A stretch of 64,000 nt of DNA from Diadema antillarum (GCF_040938485.1 NW_027270897.1:1798001-1862000); one strand, 5' to 3'; positions 1-14,300 are shown, numbered from the stretch's first letter. Made by a program: numbers and translations. The notes: generated from the letters alone by a model not told the origin.

Positions 1-99
1 CAACGCTCAGTGCATGCAGAGGTGTGCCTGTAACTCACGAGCTTTTGCGTTCGCACAGTGCATGCATGATAGCTGTGTGCACTGTGCTGTGTGTGGCGT

Positions 100-258
100 G
101 GATCAAGCCAATACAGTGCGCATTAAAGTCTTCGATACGGCTGTCGAAGAAATGTTATAATGAGTGGGACCAAAACAAAAGCAAAACGCTACTGTGTTCC
201 TCGTGACTCGTTACTTCCTAGCTTTCCGGTTGGACTTTGATCATAGCTTTGAGACTCG
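100..258 (+). promoter_or_regulatory. SPNS1 proximal promoter / 5' UTR region
   Basis: CCAAT at 108, CTCGTGAC at 200, ETS-like ACTTCC at 213 and TTCCGG at 224, CpG-richer than introns; TSS not determinable. Confidence 0.45.
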
Positions 259-715
259 ATGATCACCCCATCTAACGCTTCAGACGAAGGTTCTGACATT
301 ATTCAGCCGTCGGCACGCCGTGGAGACTCTGTCGAAATGGCGACGACTGCCAGTTGGGTTGATCCCGTTGATGTGCGTGATAAGAAACCTCTTCTAGAAG
401 ACGAGGACGGCAATGATGACGCTGATGAAGAGGCAGCTGTTCGGGAATACGCGGACCGGTCGACGTCGGGACAACTTGTTAATGAAGCCCATGTAGGACA
501 CGTTCAAGTGAACGGCACAACTGGGAGCATTGTGCGACCTGAACACGAAGGAGGCTCAAGTCGTGATGGAAACCCTGATGATACCTATGACACTAGGAAC
601 TCAGCAGATGAGCAAGAATCCTCCGACGACAGACCAAAATGCTCGGCCTATGTCACTGTGATCGTTCTGTTTTGTGTGAATTTGCTCAATTACTCAGATA
701 GATACACAATAGCAG
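259..715 (+). CDS. SPNS1: SPNS1 exon 1 (acidic N-terminus and TM1)
   Basis: ORF to ...DRYTIA, donor AG|GTGTGA at 716, phase 1; in-frame ATGs at 259 and 337. Confidence 0.9.
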
Positions 716-3700
716 GTGTGATTCTTTCTGGTTTAACCTTCTCCAGACCTGATATAAATGTAGATTCTAACCGGTGGCATCATATTTTTAGGCTAGGCTA
801 TGCTTTTCAGTTTTACACACTGTCAAATGTGGGATGGGCGGTCGAACCTTGCTTGGTGTGGGTTTTTTAAATTTACCAATCTTGAGAATTGAGTTGTTGA
901 TGCATTGGCATATGTGACCGTGCATCACAAAACGAACAAAAAGGCGCATGCAGTGATATTGTGTGAGGACTGAAAATAGGTGAAATGGGTAAACCTCTAG
1001 GTATTAAACCAATATCGAGTTTTTCATATTTTTGGAGAGAGCAAATCTTCTACATAATATGTTAAAGTTTGGGATCATAAAACGAACAGGATTTTGTGTT
1101 TTCAGCAGTTTTTCTTGAATACTTTTTGGTGGAATAGTGTGATGAATACTTTTTGGTGGAATAGTGTGATTACTGTAAAAGTGGATATTTTCGTGCGACT
1201 TAGTTTTTCGTGCTTGGCCGGTTCAGAAGAGTTTCGCGTGTTTTCAATTCCGCGGAATCAAGACATCACACTCAGGAACATGGCGAGCAAAAATATTCGC
1301 GTGCTTTTATTTTCGTACTAGTTTCTGGTGGCGCGAAATGCGCGAAAATTTCAACACCGCAAAAATTTCCACTTTTACAGTAGGTATTTCTCATAGAGCT
1401 CTCTTTTCATTTTTTAAGAACCCTGTCCATATTCTTCACCGTCAACTCCAATAACTTTGGAAAGAATAATGCTACTGCATTGAAAGTTAGCATTAATCGT
1501 CTACAGAATGTGTTAATAAAGCATGTTTAATTGCAGCTTAATCTGATAATCCCTTCATTGTTGTTGCTCCAGTGGTCAACATCCTGTTTTTTGTTCCATT
1601 CATCCCACAGCTAGCATGGCTTGGTAAAGATTAACCGCTTGAATAAACCCTGTACTTCAGAACCTGTTTTCTCAGTTCACACTTTCCAGAGTGTGTCCTT
1701 TCTTTGCAATATTTAGATAAGTTAGGGGAATCCATTCTAATTGAGTTATACTCCATTTTAAAGCTTAGAGTGTGCTCTTTCAGAATCTGATCTCAACTAA
1801 AAATCCATGTCTGGCGACTTTTTGTTGGTTTTGTGATGCACGGTCACATATGCAAACACATTGTCATTAGGCAGTGTTCATTAAGAGATGGAGCTCCAAA
1901 CTGGCTGTACTTGTGGGCTAATTATGCAAACAGTTGTCAGTTTTCTGTTGATGTACAAAGGAATTCCACGGGTGCATCTGCACCTTTGACAATCAATGTT
2001 CGATGCCGTCATCTTGATGAGCAGTCTGAGGATTCATATGTTTTGCTTATTCATTAATTAAATGAAATAAAAGCTCACTGAATGATAAATGCTTTAGCAT
2101 TCATATATGACACTACCTCATCTTTTATAAGTTGGGATGGTGAAAAGTAATTCATTTGTTTATTTACACTCATTTAGTTACACTTATTTATTTATTTATT
2201 TATTTATTTGTTTGTTTTATTTCAGTATGATAGCTCTGTCAATGGCTGCAAACACTGTCATTCTCAGAGGCCCTACACATATAATAATTAACAAACCATC
2301 ACAGAGACTTACATCTGTTGGGCAGATCCACTTTGGCACATGCTTCAAATATTTTAGAGTGGTGAAATCGAACATGGGTTCAAAGGAAATAAGACGATTG
2401 TGACTCCATTCTCTTGAATATCGTTGGTATAATTGTGGTGGCTGTCCCAAAAGGAACTCTTTCCATTGTACAAATGTACATGGCCAATTGATGGTTTGAT
2501 AAATGTTTGTAAGCCAGCAATCTGAGGACCAAGTCTTGCTTAAAATCCTTGTAAGTACCAGACAATGAAATGCCATGCCTAGGGTACACATATATTGTCG
2601 TATAAAACTAGTAAAGACACAAGGGCTCAACTGCTGGCTGACTGCTGCCAGAGCATAAATGGACTTGAACTCAGGACCATCCCTCATAGTCAAATAACTA
2701 AGAGTCTGTGATTTTCTGTACTGAGCTTAACCACAAAGAGTCCTACGTGTAGATGTACATTTGTAAGTAGTGTTCATGTGCTTGCCACCTGCTCTAGTAA
2801 TGAGCCCTAAACTTGTAAAACTTCATAATTTGCATATTGGCTTGTTCCCTCGCTTGGCCTGCACAAGTGATTGTATGAAAGGATTTACAGTAAACCTTGC
2901 TGAAATCAAATTCAAAGGGACCGCAGAAAGACCTAGGTGACATCTGTGAACTACATAGTTTGACATCCACAATTGAATTATAAACATGTTTAGATGTTAT
3001 ATACTCATCTGGGGTTAATTATTTTCTTTTTTTTACTTTACCAGTAACCAATTTTTGGTTCTTGCCAAAATTTTGCCAAATCTTCTGGTGGTATTGTAAT
3101 GTTCCCGTCCTTTTCTGCTCAATTACAAATTACAAAGTACATTACAAAGTATGTGTACCGGTACATGTCTGTACTATACAACTGTACTTTCTTGCCCATC
3201 AGTTATAGTGTAATACTCAGTCAGTCATTACATAGAATGTATGCTTTCATAGTAACAGAATGCAGGATGAGTGAAACTTTGAATGAAATTTGAAAGAGTG
3301 TCATGGGCATTTAACCATGATATAATCTGTGCTACTGTACACTAATGTATGTATGACACTTACCAGTACATGATAATTATATCGTTTTAATTACACCATA
3401 CATACATATACATATGCCATTATTTCTTTTAGGTTTCATGGTATGGAACATCCTCACAAATTTGCCATTTAAAGAATCTGTATAGATTTGCATGGAACTC
3501 AAGTAAATGTCAGTGTGCAACATTTGTATGAATAATGAAGACTTGTTCACAGGCTTGAGGCTTGCCATGTTAATTAATTTATGAAATTATGGCTTTATTG
3601 TAGAGACTTTGATGCTACGACCAGGGTTTTCATGCTTTGTTTTGCTCTTTTTCTCTTGCCCAATCAGCCAATCTGCCTGCCATCCAACAATATTTCAACA

Positions 3701-6700
3701 TCGAAGACAACAACAGTGCAGCTGGTCTTCTGCAGACCATCTTCATAGTTGGGTACATGCTCACATCGCCAATATTTGGCTACCTGGGTGATCGGTACTC
3801 GAGGAAGTTGGTGGTATCCTTTGGTATTCTCTTCTGGTCAGCCACAACCCTGGCAGGGTCGTTCATTCCCTCACATGTGAGTTTTAGGCTCCACTTCTTT
3901 TTGCAAGCAATGTTAAATTGTAGTTTTTTTCTTTTTATTGTTTAAAGGGATCGTATAGTTTTGGTTGAGACCTAATATCTGGTTTCTAACATTTTTGGGT
4001 GAGATAATGAGAAACCTCTCATGAAATATGAAAGAGAATGTAATTCCATGAGGAATTAAACGTTTCTTTGATGAAAATTGGTTTTGAAACGACTGAGATA
4101 TCCAAAACAAAGCGATTGTAATAAGTGTGAGACCCACACTTTATTACCATCACTTTGTTTTACTTTGTTTTTGGATGTCTCAGTCATTCCAAACCCAATT
4201 TTAATCAAATAAACTTTGAAGTCCTCTTAAAGTGGTGTGCTCTGTATTATTTCGTAAGTGTTTTCTTGGTATCTCACAAAAAAGTTAAAAGCCCAATTCT
4301 CATTTCCACCAATACTGTACCATCCCTTTAACCCTTTTTGTATTCATGCCCTTTGATAGCTGTAACTTACCAAGCCATCAGTTTATATATGATTTCCCTA
4401 AATACTCAACTCTAAAGTGTAATTTAACATCCCACTTTAGAAGTGGCAGTACCACAAGTCCACAGTGGAAATTATTGTGATGTATCAGGGGAAAAAGACT
4501 ACCGGTATATAATCCCCATTTCATAGGTAAGTACAGCTGTACCTGTAGTTTCAAGATACACAATGCAATACTGATCAACAACAAAAATAAGTGACAATGT
4601 TTTTTGATCAGTGAGTAAAGCACATTCAGGTATGATTTACTGACTAAGTTACCCAGATTACCAGATATGCTTGGTATTGTAATTTTGCTTTCAAAGAAAT
4701 ATGATATGAAGAAGACCAATATTACCAGTGTTTTTAATGCTCTAAAAAAAAGAAAAATCTTATCTTTGATGTACTCATTCACACGGTGTCAAAAGAAGTG
4801 TAGATCTTTGCTTTCAATGATTTTTAAAATCTATGATTGACCTTTAAAAAATAGCATTATCTACTCTCACAAACAAATCAAGCAGAACATAGACACATCA
4901 GCCCGATGTTTCGAAATAGCGCGCTATTTTCTGACTTGGGAAAATTGGAAAATATCTCGAGCTTGGATTTTTATCGGGCTGATGTGAAAACGCCTAATGA
5001 TGGAAAGGGAGAAGCCAGTATATTAATGATACAGACTTTAATTCAGTCTAAGGCATAACTTGCATTTCTAACATTTCTTCAATTTTGATAACAATAATCT
5101 TGTATTACAAACATGTAAATTAGAGGATTCATTAAAAGTATGTTGTTGGATTGGGACAAAAAGCAAAAAGCAGAACAAATGTCCCCTTCTATTTTGTAGT
5201 AGAGTAATGTGCATTTGTACAGACTGAATATCGGACCCTGTGAACAGTAAAATCTCCTTCCTCTGCCCCCCTTCCCACCCAGCTCTTCTGGCTGTTCCTT
5301 CTACTCCGTGGCCTGGTCGGGGTTGGTGAAGCGAGCTATGTCACCATTGCTGCTACGCTGATCGGTGATCTCTTTACAGGCAACAGGAGGACTCGCATGC
5401 TGATGGTCTTCTACTTTGCCATCCCAGTCGGGAGGTGAATAACGTGATTCCTTTACTGTATATGCCATATGTTTAGCGAGCCTAATTTTTTGCGCATCGG
5501 GACTTCCTGACGATTTCGCGAGTGGTTAGATTTGTGATCTTGGAGTGCAGTACTGAATGGAGAAATACATATATTGATGTGCACGCCATATTCATATCGG
5601 GATCAGAATCAACATTTTTGTGTCTCTTTCAATTTGTGAATAGACCAGCACCTGACTTGTGAAATTCATGAAAAAAAAAAACCTCATGAAATATTTGGCC
5701 TATACAGTACTCTACTGAACAGCAGCAGTGAAAAAAAAAAAAAACACTACCGGTATATTTCAGTGGTTGCTGCCACCATTTTGAAATGGGGGTCTTCTGG
5801 GAGAGCAAGAGGGTATTTGCAAAGGGGATATGTTGATGTCAAAATTTTCTCTTTCCCATATGCTTCTCTTATACTAGCACTTCAGCCCTGCTTGTCTAGG
5901 CTGGGATGAATGTAACAAGTGCGAATTTAAACCAGAATGTTGCCTACACTGAAGATGTGCCGTGTTTATAATTAGGGTGATGAGGTGGCTCAGTTGGTGG
6001 TGTGTCTCTCTCGCAGTCGAATGAATGCAGGGCTGCCAACACAGGAAACTAGTTGAGAGTGAGACTCCCATAGGCCAATGCTATAACTTAGGAGTCAAAA
6101 TGAGTGAGATCAATAGAAATGCATGCAAATGAAATAAAGTTTCAGAGTGAGAAAGGACCAAAATGCGTGAGTCTCACGCTCAATGCGTGAGAGTTGGCAG
6201 CCCTGTGAATGCAGGTTAAAGTCCCAAGGGTTTGAGTCCCACTGAGTCGACTGTATGTAAAAGGCAAAAGCACTTTGTCTCTTGGATAGGAGCCACAGTC
6301 CCTCATATGAGAGAGTCACAACTCATGCATGTAAAAGATCCCACTTCTCTTCCTTGCAAAGTCCAGCATACTAATATAAACCCAGTGTATTGATCAGCCT
6401 CATACAATTGTATACCTACACCAGAAAAAAACAACCCCCAAAACAGATGAATGATGCCGACCCCTCGTGGTTCGCCCCAGGTGACTGGCATTAGTCAGCA
6501 AATGGTATCAACCAGGCACTAATGCCATACAAAGAAGAACGAGAATATATTTATAACTACCAGCAAATACATTGTATGCTGGCAGCAAATGGCAGCGCTT
6601 GTGAACTGTACATGTGATTTATGCCAACTGCAGGGCTTAAATGTTATTCCAGGACCAACAATGCCACAGCTTTTGGTGCCCCTTTGATGTCTCAGTCCCT

Positions 6701-9700
6701 TTCCTAAAGTTCTTTGTGGCTTTGGATATCTTTGATACCGTTTTAACACCTGCTTTTTTGTATTAAGTACAAGTATCTACAGTGTTTGTCTAACCCTATT
6801 TTAACTGGGCTATTTGAGACCAAAAGTTTTTACTGGGGGGGGGGGGGGGGGTCAATTTGACCCCCCCCCCCCCCCCCCCCCCTTCAGATCTCAGCCGCTG
6901 ATCGCGCAATCGCCGCAAAATTTCGTGTGAACATAGAGCCGGATGTCAACTACATGTACAAGATTACATGGTCATACAATAGAAAAATGTTGATTTCATA
7001 TTTTTTGATAAATCAGTTAAATGCAAATTTACGCATGAAATCATATTTTCACCTATAAGAATGATGGATTGCTAAATTTTTGTGTCAGAGTTCCTCGAGA
7101 CACATCAAACAATTTTCTTGTAAAAAGATAGTGCAATCAAAATCAGTTTCTTTTGTTTTTTATTGTTTTGTTAATTTCTTATGTATTGTATTGTTTTTTT
7201 GACCTTTTGTTTTCTATTGTTTTTTGGCCAAAATTTGTTGCAGGCACTATTTCAAGCTTATCTACATCAGAATTGATTGATTTTAATGTTCAAAAGTTGA
7301 AATAATCTAATTTATATTGATTAAACAAAAAAAAAAAACCACAATTTGCATTGGATTTGCACACGAAATCATGAATTTGAGCTGTTTTCGGGTTGACATA
7401 ATGCATATATGCAAAACATTGCTTAACTTCAGAACGGTGTACCCGGACGTCGCAAATTTGGTCTTAAAATATGCGGGAGACTTCAATGAAAAAAGTAATG
7501 AAACGACGCGGCAAAATCTTTGCGCGTTGCGGAATCGTGGCGCTAAATGTCGGGGGGGGGGGGGGTTCAATTTGACCCTCCCAGTTAGAATAGGGTTAAG
7601 AGCATGGGCCTAGCCTCAAGTTGTTGTTGTTGTTTTTTTATTTAAACCCTGTACTGTAAGCTAGTATACCTGTATTCATATCCTTAACTTAGAATTAATC
7701 TTGATCCATCAATTAATCTTGATCCATCAATCAATCTTGAATGATGTCAATTGTCCATACGTTGCAAGCTATTAAAGAAATTTTATATCTAACAATCAGA
7801 AGTTGAGGATTTGGAGTAAGCTGATTCTTTATTTTAAAAAATAGAGAGTTTGTTCTCTATTTCCTGGTACCATGTCAATGGTTTTGTTGCTTTTTCTGCA
7901 ACTCTCAAATTCTTAACCCATCACTGGTGTCAGAATATTTGTTGTTCATACAAAAGTTTCAAAAATACCCAACCCAAGCTACATATTGTCAAAAATATAT
8001 ATTTACTTACACGTGTACCAACACTGCCTCTTGCATTTTAAGAGGTTCCATTATTGTTTTTTGTTTGTGTACTCTTGAGAGGGGGTATAAAATTTGTTTT
8101 TGTTTGTTCTTTGAGATCATTTCAATAATCATGCACCCCTTTCGTAGTAGTGAGAAAGTAAGTTGGCTACAAAGCTCATGATTCAGGTCATTGCCTATCC
8201 GGAATGCACAGTACAAGACCTACACATACTTTGTATTGCAGGAGTTACTGCATTCCATAGGCATACATGTGTGCATGCAGTATACTTGTCGAACAGCATG
8301 CACTAGCTATGATATTTCCATCTGGCATGAAACACAACCTGGTAATTACTTTAGACTGCAAAATCAGATCTACAAAGTTGTCATATTGCATCACATGATC
8401 CTGTGGAATCACATGACCTGATGATGTGAATGACTTTGATTGTTGTAGTTTGAGACAGAATACGACTGTGTGCTGGTACAGGAGAAACTGACATTAAAGC
8501 TGTCTGATTGTGACGAATTACAGATTAAAAAAAAAATCTAATACATGAATGGTTGTATGAGACACTAAGTATCGTATTGAATGACAAAGTGTATGTACAG
8601 TGCCCTTATTCAGTTGTTAATAATAATAATAATTGCATTTATAAGGCACTTTATACTGGTGTTTGTAAGCCCACAAAAAGACAAAAAAAAAAAAACCCCC
8701 AAACAACCCAAAATGATATTAGGATATTTTGATATTAGGATAATTGTTGAATGTAATCATTGCATTTCAGTTTGTTGTATTTATGTGCGATAGGTAGATT
8801 TCCAATATTTTTAGTCTGGTTTGTATTTCTTGTATTTTTTTTTTTTTTTTTTTTGTCCTTCCAATTCTTAATGTGTGATGGAGAAGAGTCATAGAAACAA
8901 GAATTACTTGGACATGTAAATCACATAATAGTGTGATGCAAGTATAATTGCTTCTTGATGGAAGCCCTAATAGCTGTGTTTCTATATCATACTATGCCAT
9001 GGCTTGGTTTGTTCAAAATCCAAATTGTGTTTTGTGGTTTGAGTGGGAGAGTCCTAAGCACTCAAATTTTTTTCTGTTGAAAGCAGAAGTAGAGTCACGA
9101 GACAATGTAATAGATCCGACATGAACAAACTAATGGCGCACTGTTTCACTTACAATGTACATGGTGCATCAAGAAGAATCACATCATTAAATTCTATTAC
9201 TCCGTAGACCAGGAAAGTGAAAAGAAGAGCACAACTCCAACTAGACTCGACTGCATGTATCAATAACATACCAGTACAGTACTTTCCATGTAATCCGGTA
9301 TCATATTTTAAAATTGACTTATAACACAAAGTGAAAGACAGTTCCTGATGCATGTTACATTTACCGGATAATTTGGTAGGCATTCCAAAATAGATGGGTA
9401 GGAATTCGCAAGATGATAACCTGATCTCTTTCTGTGATGGTTTCCAGCAGAAAGCCTTTAAAATTTGTGTGAATATGAATTATGAAGAAACTGAGGTGTT
9501 GAAAGTCAATAGAGAGCTTAAAGTTGACATTTTAGCATGTTAAATGTGATGTGATGATGCAGTGCAATCTTAAAACTGTATCAGGTTTCAATTCTGGCTT
9601 CTGTTCATAAAGTATTAGACAGTACGGTTCTAGAAGTTCTCAAGGAAAAGATTTTAATTTAATTACATGTGTGTTTAATTCCTACAGATATGTTTTTAAG

Positions 9701-11290
9701 TATAATTTCACAGTTGCACATGTTCATTATGTTTAATTCATATATATAACTGTTCTTATGTTTAATTCCTATATGTTTTAATATTTAATTCCTTTGTTCT
9801 TATGGTGTACACAGTGTATGTCAAGTTCCTACAAATGTTGTCTCAAGCATGACACTATTCTTGTTTGTTTTTTTTGCAGTGGATTTGGTTACATCTCTGG
9901 CAAGTTGATAGCAGAATTAGCCCACAATTGGAAATGGGCGCTAAGGGTAAGTCTTCCACCCCCTAGCGATAATCATTTGTGTAGCACAGTGATGAAGAGG
10001 GACGGGGTCCATTGAAGTGAAATGCACCTGTGTATTGAAACTGACTTTGATGTAGATGGAGCAGTATCAAACAAAGTGAATAGTAAAAGAAGTTTCCTGA
10101 AAATTGGATTTAGAATAAGAATGCTGTGGACTTTGAAAGTCTCACTTTTTTTCTCTTCCTTTTTTTTTTTAGTAAACAGTGATATAGATCACAATATATG
10201 CAAATTAGATGAGACAGAGGCATCATTGCCACACAACTATTTTTAGATAAAAACATAATCCTTATATGTGTATAAGATAAAAATCATGTTTGTGTCTGAT
10301 GGCATCAACTACTTCCCCTCCCCCCCCCCCCCTTGACATTGGTCTTCATCACTGAGCTGTTACCACTCTGAACAATGATTTGATGCAAAAGATATTTGTT
10401 TTCTGAAATTTTGATTTCCCTTCCCAGTCATGAAATGTTGTACAGATTTGTGTCCCCGCTGATTGAAGACAGTTGAGGTGATGACATCATCGCCTTGATT
10501 AGACTGTGGCCTGTATCACTTTTAACTCTCTTTTAACCCTAACTAGGCCGGGCTATCTAGGTAGTTGATAGAGCCGGGGGGGGGGGGGGGGGGGGGGGCC
10601 TCCTAGGCCCCAATCCAGATCTTGGCCGTCGACCGCGCGATCGCGACGAAAATTGGCACACACATTGCCTATGATGTCATCTAAATTACCGTGAAGTTAA
10701 TTTTTCAAAAAATTATCATTTATGCTACATTATGCTAATTTATGCATAATGATGCATGAAATCAGACTATTTGGTATAAATCACAAAATAAAGCTCAAAA
10801 CAGGCACATTTCTTGTGTAAATATTCTTTTTACTGTCCTTAGCAAATGTAATAAATAAAATTTGTGATATCAGAAAAAATTCTTAAGTATTTTATTGTTT
10901 TTTTGAATTTCTTATGTATTTCTTTGTTTTTCCGACTTTATGTTTTTCATTGTTTTGTCGATGAAATTTGTTCGCGACATCGCTCCGAACAAGAAAATAT
11001 GTTATTCATTGATTTTAATCAATAAAACACCAAAATAATCATGCTTTTATGAAATTTGCCTGCAAGCACAGTTTGCATTGAAATTGCACACGAATTCACG
11101 TTTTTGAGCAATTTTGGGTCTGACATGCATGTACATATTTATGCGTAACTTCGGAACCGCGCACCCGGGCGTCGCAAATTTGGTGTCAAAAGATGCGGGA
11201 GACTCGAAAGAAAAAAGTCATGAAACGTCGCGGCGATAGCTTTTTGCGATTGCGATACATCGCGCGGAGCGTCGAGGGGGGGGCCTCGGA

Positions 11291-11324
<34 letters not shown>

Positions 11325-14300
11325 CCTAGTTAGGGTTAATACATGTATATTTGATTCCATGTACTACAATGTAGTTGTGACTTGCATCATTCTATTCATA
11401 TTGTTCTGCTTATATATGTCTTTGAGTGGACTTGAACGTGGAGAAGCGTTTTGCTTCATGACGGTGGAAGCATTGTGCTATTATGGTATTGGGCAGGCTC
11501 GAGTGTGAACATAATATGCTCTCTTTTCATCTCCTTGGTGTAACAGTTGCTGGGGGGGGGGGGGAAGATTGCTTAAGCTTTAAAGGTAATAATGAATGTC
11601 AGGAACATTAATGCAGCATCATCTGGGATGTAAATATACTGGCAACAGCTGTCTCCAGGAGGGGAAACATTTAAAAAGAGGAAGTGTTAATCTATCATTC
11701 TGGTTCATAGTAGGGGCAAGAAGGCAGTGTAGATATAGTATACATAGATGTCTTGCATACTAAATGTGTAGAGTAAGCGTTCTGAGGCGAGATGGGTAGA
11801 AATCAATCTACTTCCTGACTTGAATACAGACTGGAGGTACTAGTATACTCTCTAACATTTCATTCTGTGTAAAGGTGCCAAAAAGAGCTCTGTTACTTTT
11901 TACAGTATCTCATTCCTTTTTCTCTTTTTTTTTGCCAGAAATACGGCATGTTTTAAAGGAAAAATATTGTTTTTCCTAAATCGTATTACTACACACAAAC
12001 TGAACATTTTTCCATTGAAGATATGTTATCTCAACACTCATCAGAATACGGCAATGCTATGTACAAGGTTGGCATCTCGAGATTTTGCAATTATTTTTGC
12101 CCATCCAAGGTTATGTGTAATGCACTTAAGTATCTCCATGATGACTGCCCTGTTGGATTTCCTTGATTTTGATAGATTTATAAATAATGGTAGCCCTTCT
12201 GGAAGAGCCGAAGGTCTCGTTCTACACTGTATGTCAGCCTTGTCCCTGTATGCCTTAATCTGTCCCTTCAGTTATGACTGAGTAGAGGTTTCACTTTGTC
12301 ACTCTGCCTGTGTGACATGTGGAGGTTAAAATGCACGTAGCATTTCACTTTTCACCTTAAGAAAGGTAATACTCTTTGAATTGCCACGGGGTGAAAGTGA
12401 AACCGAGAGAAAAGAGTAATTTTCTGTCAGTGGGGTATCTTGAAGTCAGCATATCACACTGCATAAATACAATGGTCTCACCTTGAAACTCCTTGAGAAA
12501 GGCTAAGGTTGTGATCAACGTCAAATCTAAGAGATAAGTGAGAGGGGAGGAAGACGTGCTTCTGTATCTTGCCGATTGTTTGTCGCATTGCGTCTTTGAA
12601 AATAGCGTCAGAGAGTGATTAATAGCATAGCCGTGATAATACTTGTCATGCCCTAGGTTGTGATGATAATGATTATCAATGATATTTTTTTATGATACTT
12701 ATACTGAAATTGAAAGTCATAGAAAAGTGGCAGAACAATGCAAAGCAGTAGTACTGCTGTGATGACAAAGATCATAATAACATTGACAACAGCAATAACA
12801 GGAACTAGTAATAAATCAGCTGATGATGCTTGGTTTTAATAATATACAATGCAACAACTACTACTGCTGCTAATGATTACAAAAAAGTTTGATAATACCA
12901 ACAATGAGGAAAACAATTTTGCAAAAGGAACAATATGTATAAGAAGAAAGATAAGTAAGATGATAATCAAATCTTTAATATATTTTGTAATAGAAGAATT
13001 TTAGCTGCCCCCCTTCTCCCATATTTTTTCTTTTTTTGACTGAAATTTACCAACCTTGAGAGTGATCATATTATGATCCATGATAAAGAAAGACAATGTG
13101 GTACTGGGCATATTTGTACTCTGTAAATACTTGTTTGTTTCCCATGAAATCTGCTTAAATGCCTAACTACATTTGTAGTATAAGTCTAATTTATCCACTG
13201 CTTGGTTGAAGTTAAAGTGGAAAATGTGTAGAGCATAATCGAACAAATGAAATGTATCAAAATCAGATGTAAGATTGAGGAACTTTTAAAGTTAACTTTT
13301 ATTTGTTTTACAAACTTTTGTACATCTGTAGTTTGATGAAATGATATCAGTCATATCAAATGCAAATTAAATGAGGTTATGAAATCATGTTTTCTCACAG
13401 CTCCCATTGTTTGTTGGAAGGAATTAAGTAAATCATATTTGCAATTGATATTCACATCTATACCCCTGTGTCTTTACCATTACAATGTATGTATCGTTCA
13501 TCTTTTATAGGTACCTAGGGATGGTGAAAAGAAATTACCATCATAAAGACAACTTTAGACATTTAAGTACATGTGTACATTTAATCTTCCTTACAGAGTA
13601 GCTGGTCAATATGAAGTGGCACATGAATCAGTTATCTTTGTATCTGTTAGGCAGATCCAATTTGGCATTTACAATGTACTTTAAATATTTTTGAGTGGCA
13701 GCATCAAACTTGGGTTTAGAGGGATACACTTGTATTTGATAGACGTGTTATGGCTCCATGCAGCTCTCAAACCTTGATAAAATATACATGTTGTCATTGC
13801 CCACATGTTTCGCAAAGAGTTGTATGCATGACAGTGGAAGACTCGTGATACAATATCACGTCATCTTATTAACTTAATAGTTCAGATAGACTGTGACCAA
13901 TATCACGAGGTAATGAGAATATATGTGACACTTCACCATTCTGTAGTTTTATCGTCTAATGTTCGACTGCAAGTGAAACTGGGACCATTCTGTACTGCAA
14001 TCTGTGATATTATTTTTCTTTCCCAGTTGATTAGAATGTGGAGTAGAGATCCGCCTTGGCTCATGTCTCTTCCGTTTGAGTTAACCAAAAATTTCAAAGG
14101 ATGAATGTATCAAGGCTTGTTCTAGAAGAGATACAGTCTCTCGATGCTGATATACCAAGTGGTTTCAAGTTGAGATGAACATGTAAAGGAAAACCACAGC
14201 TATTCATCTCCAAGAAGTAAATCTGTATCTCTGTATTGTAATTTAATACTTTGCAACAGTTGATATGAAATCACATAAAGGACAAGTTCACCTTCATAGA

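Noticed and set aside
716-870. C-terminal 50 aa of the 203-aa ORF 259..870
   Set aside because: Read-through into intron 1; spinster similarity stops at the GT donor at 716
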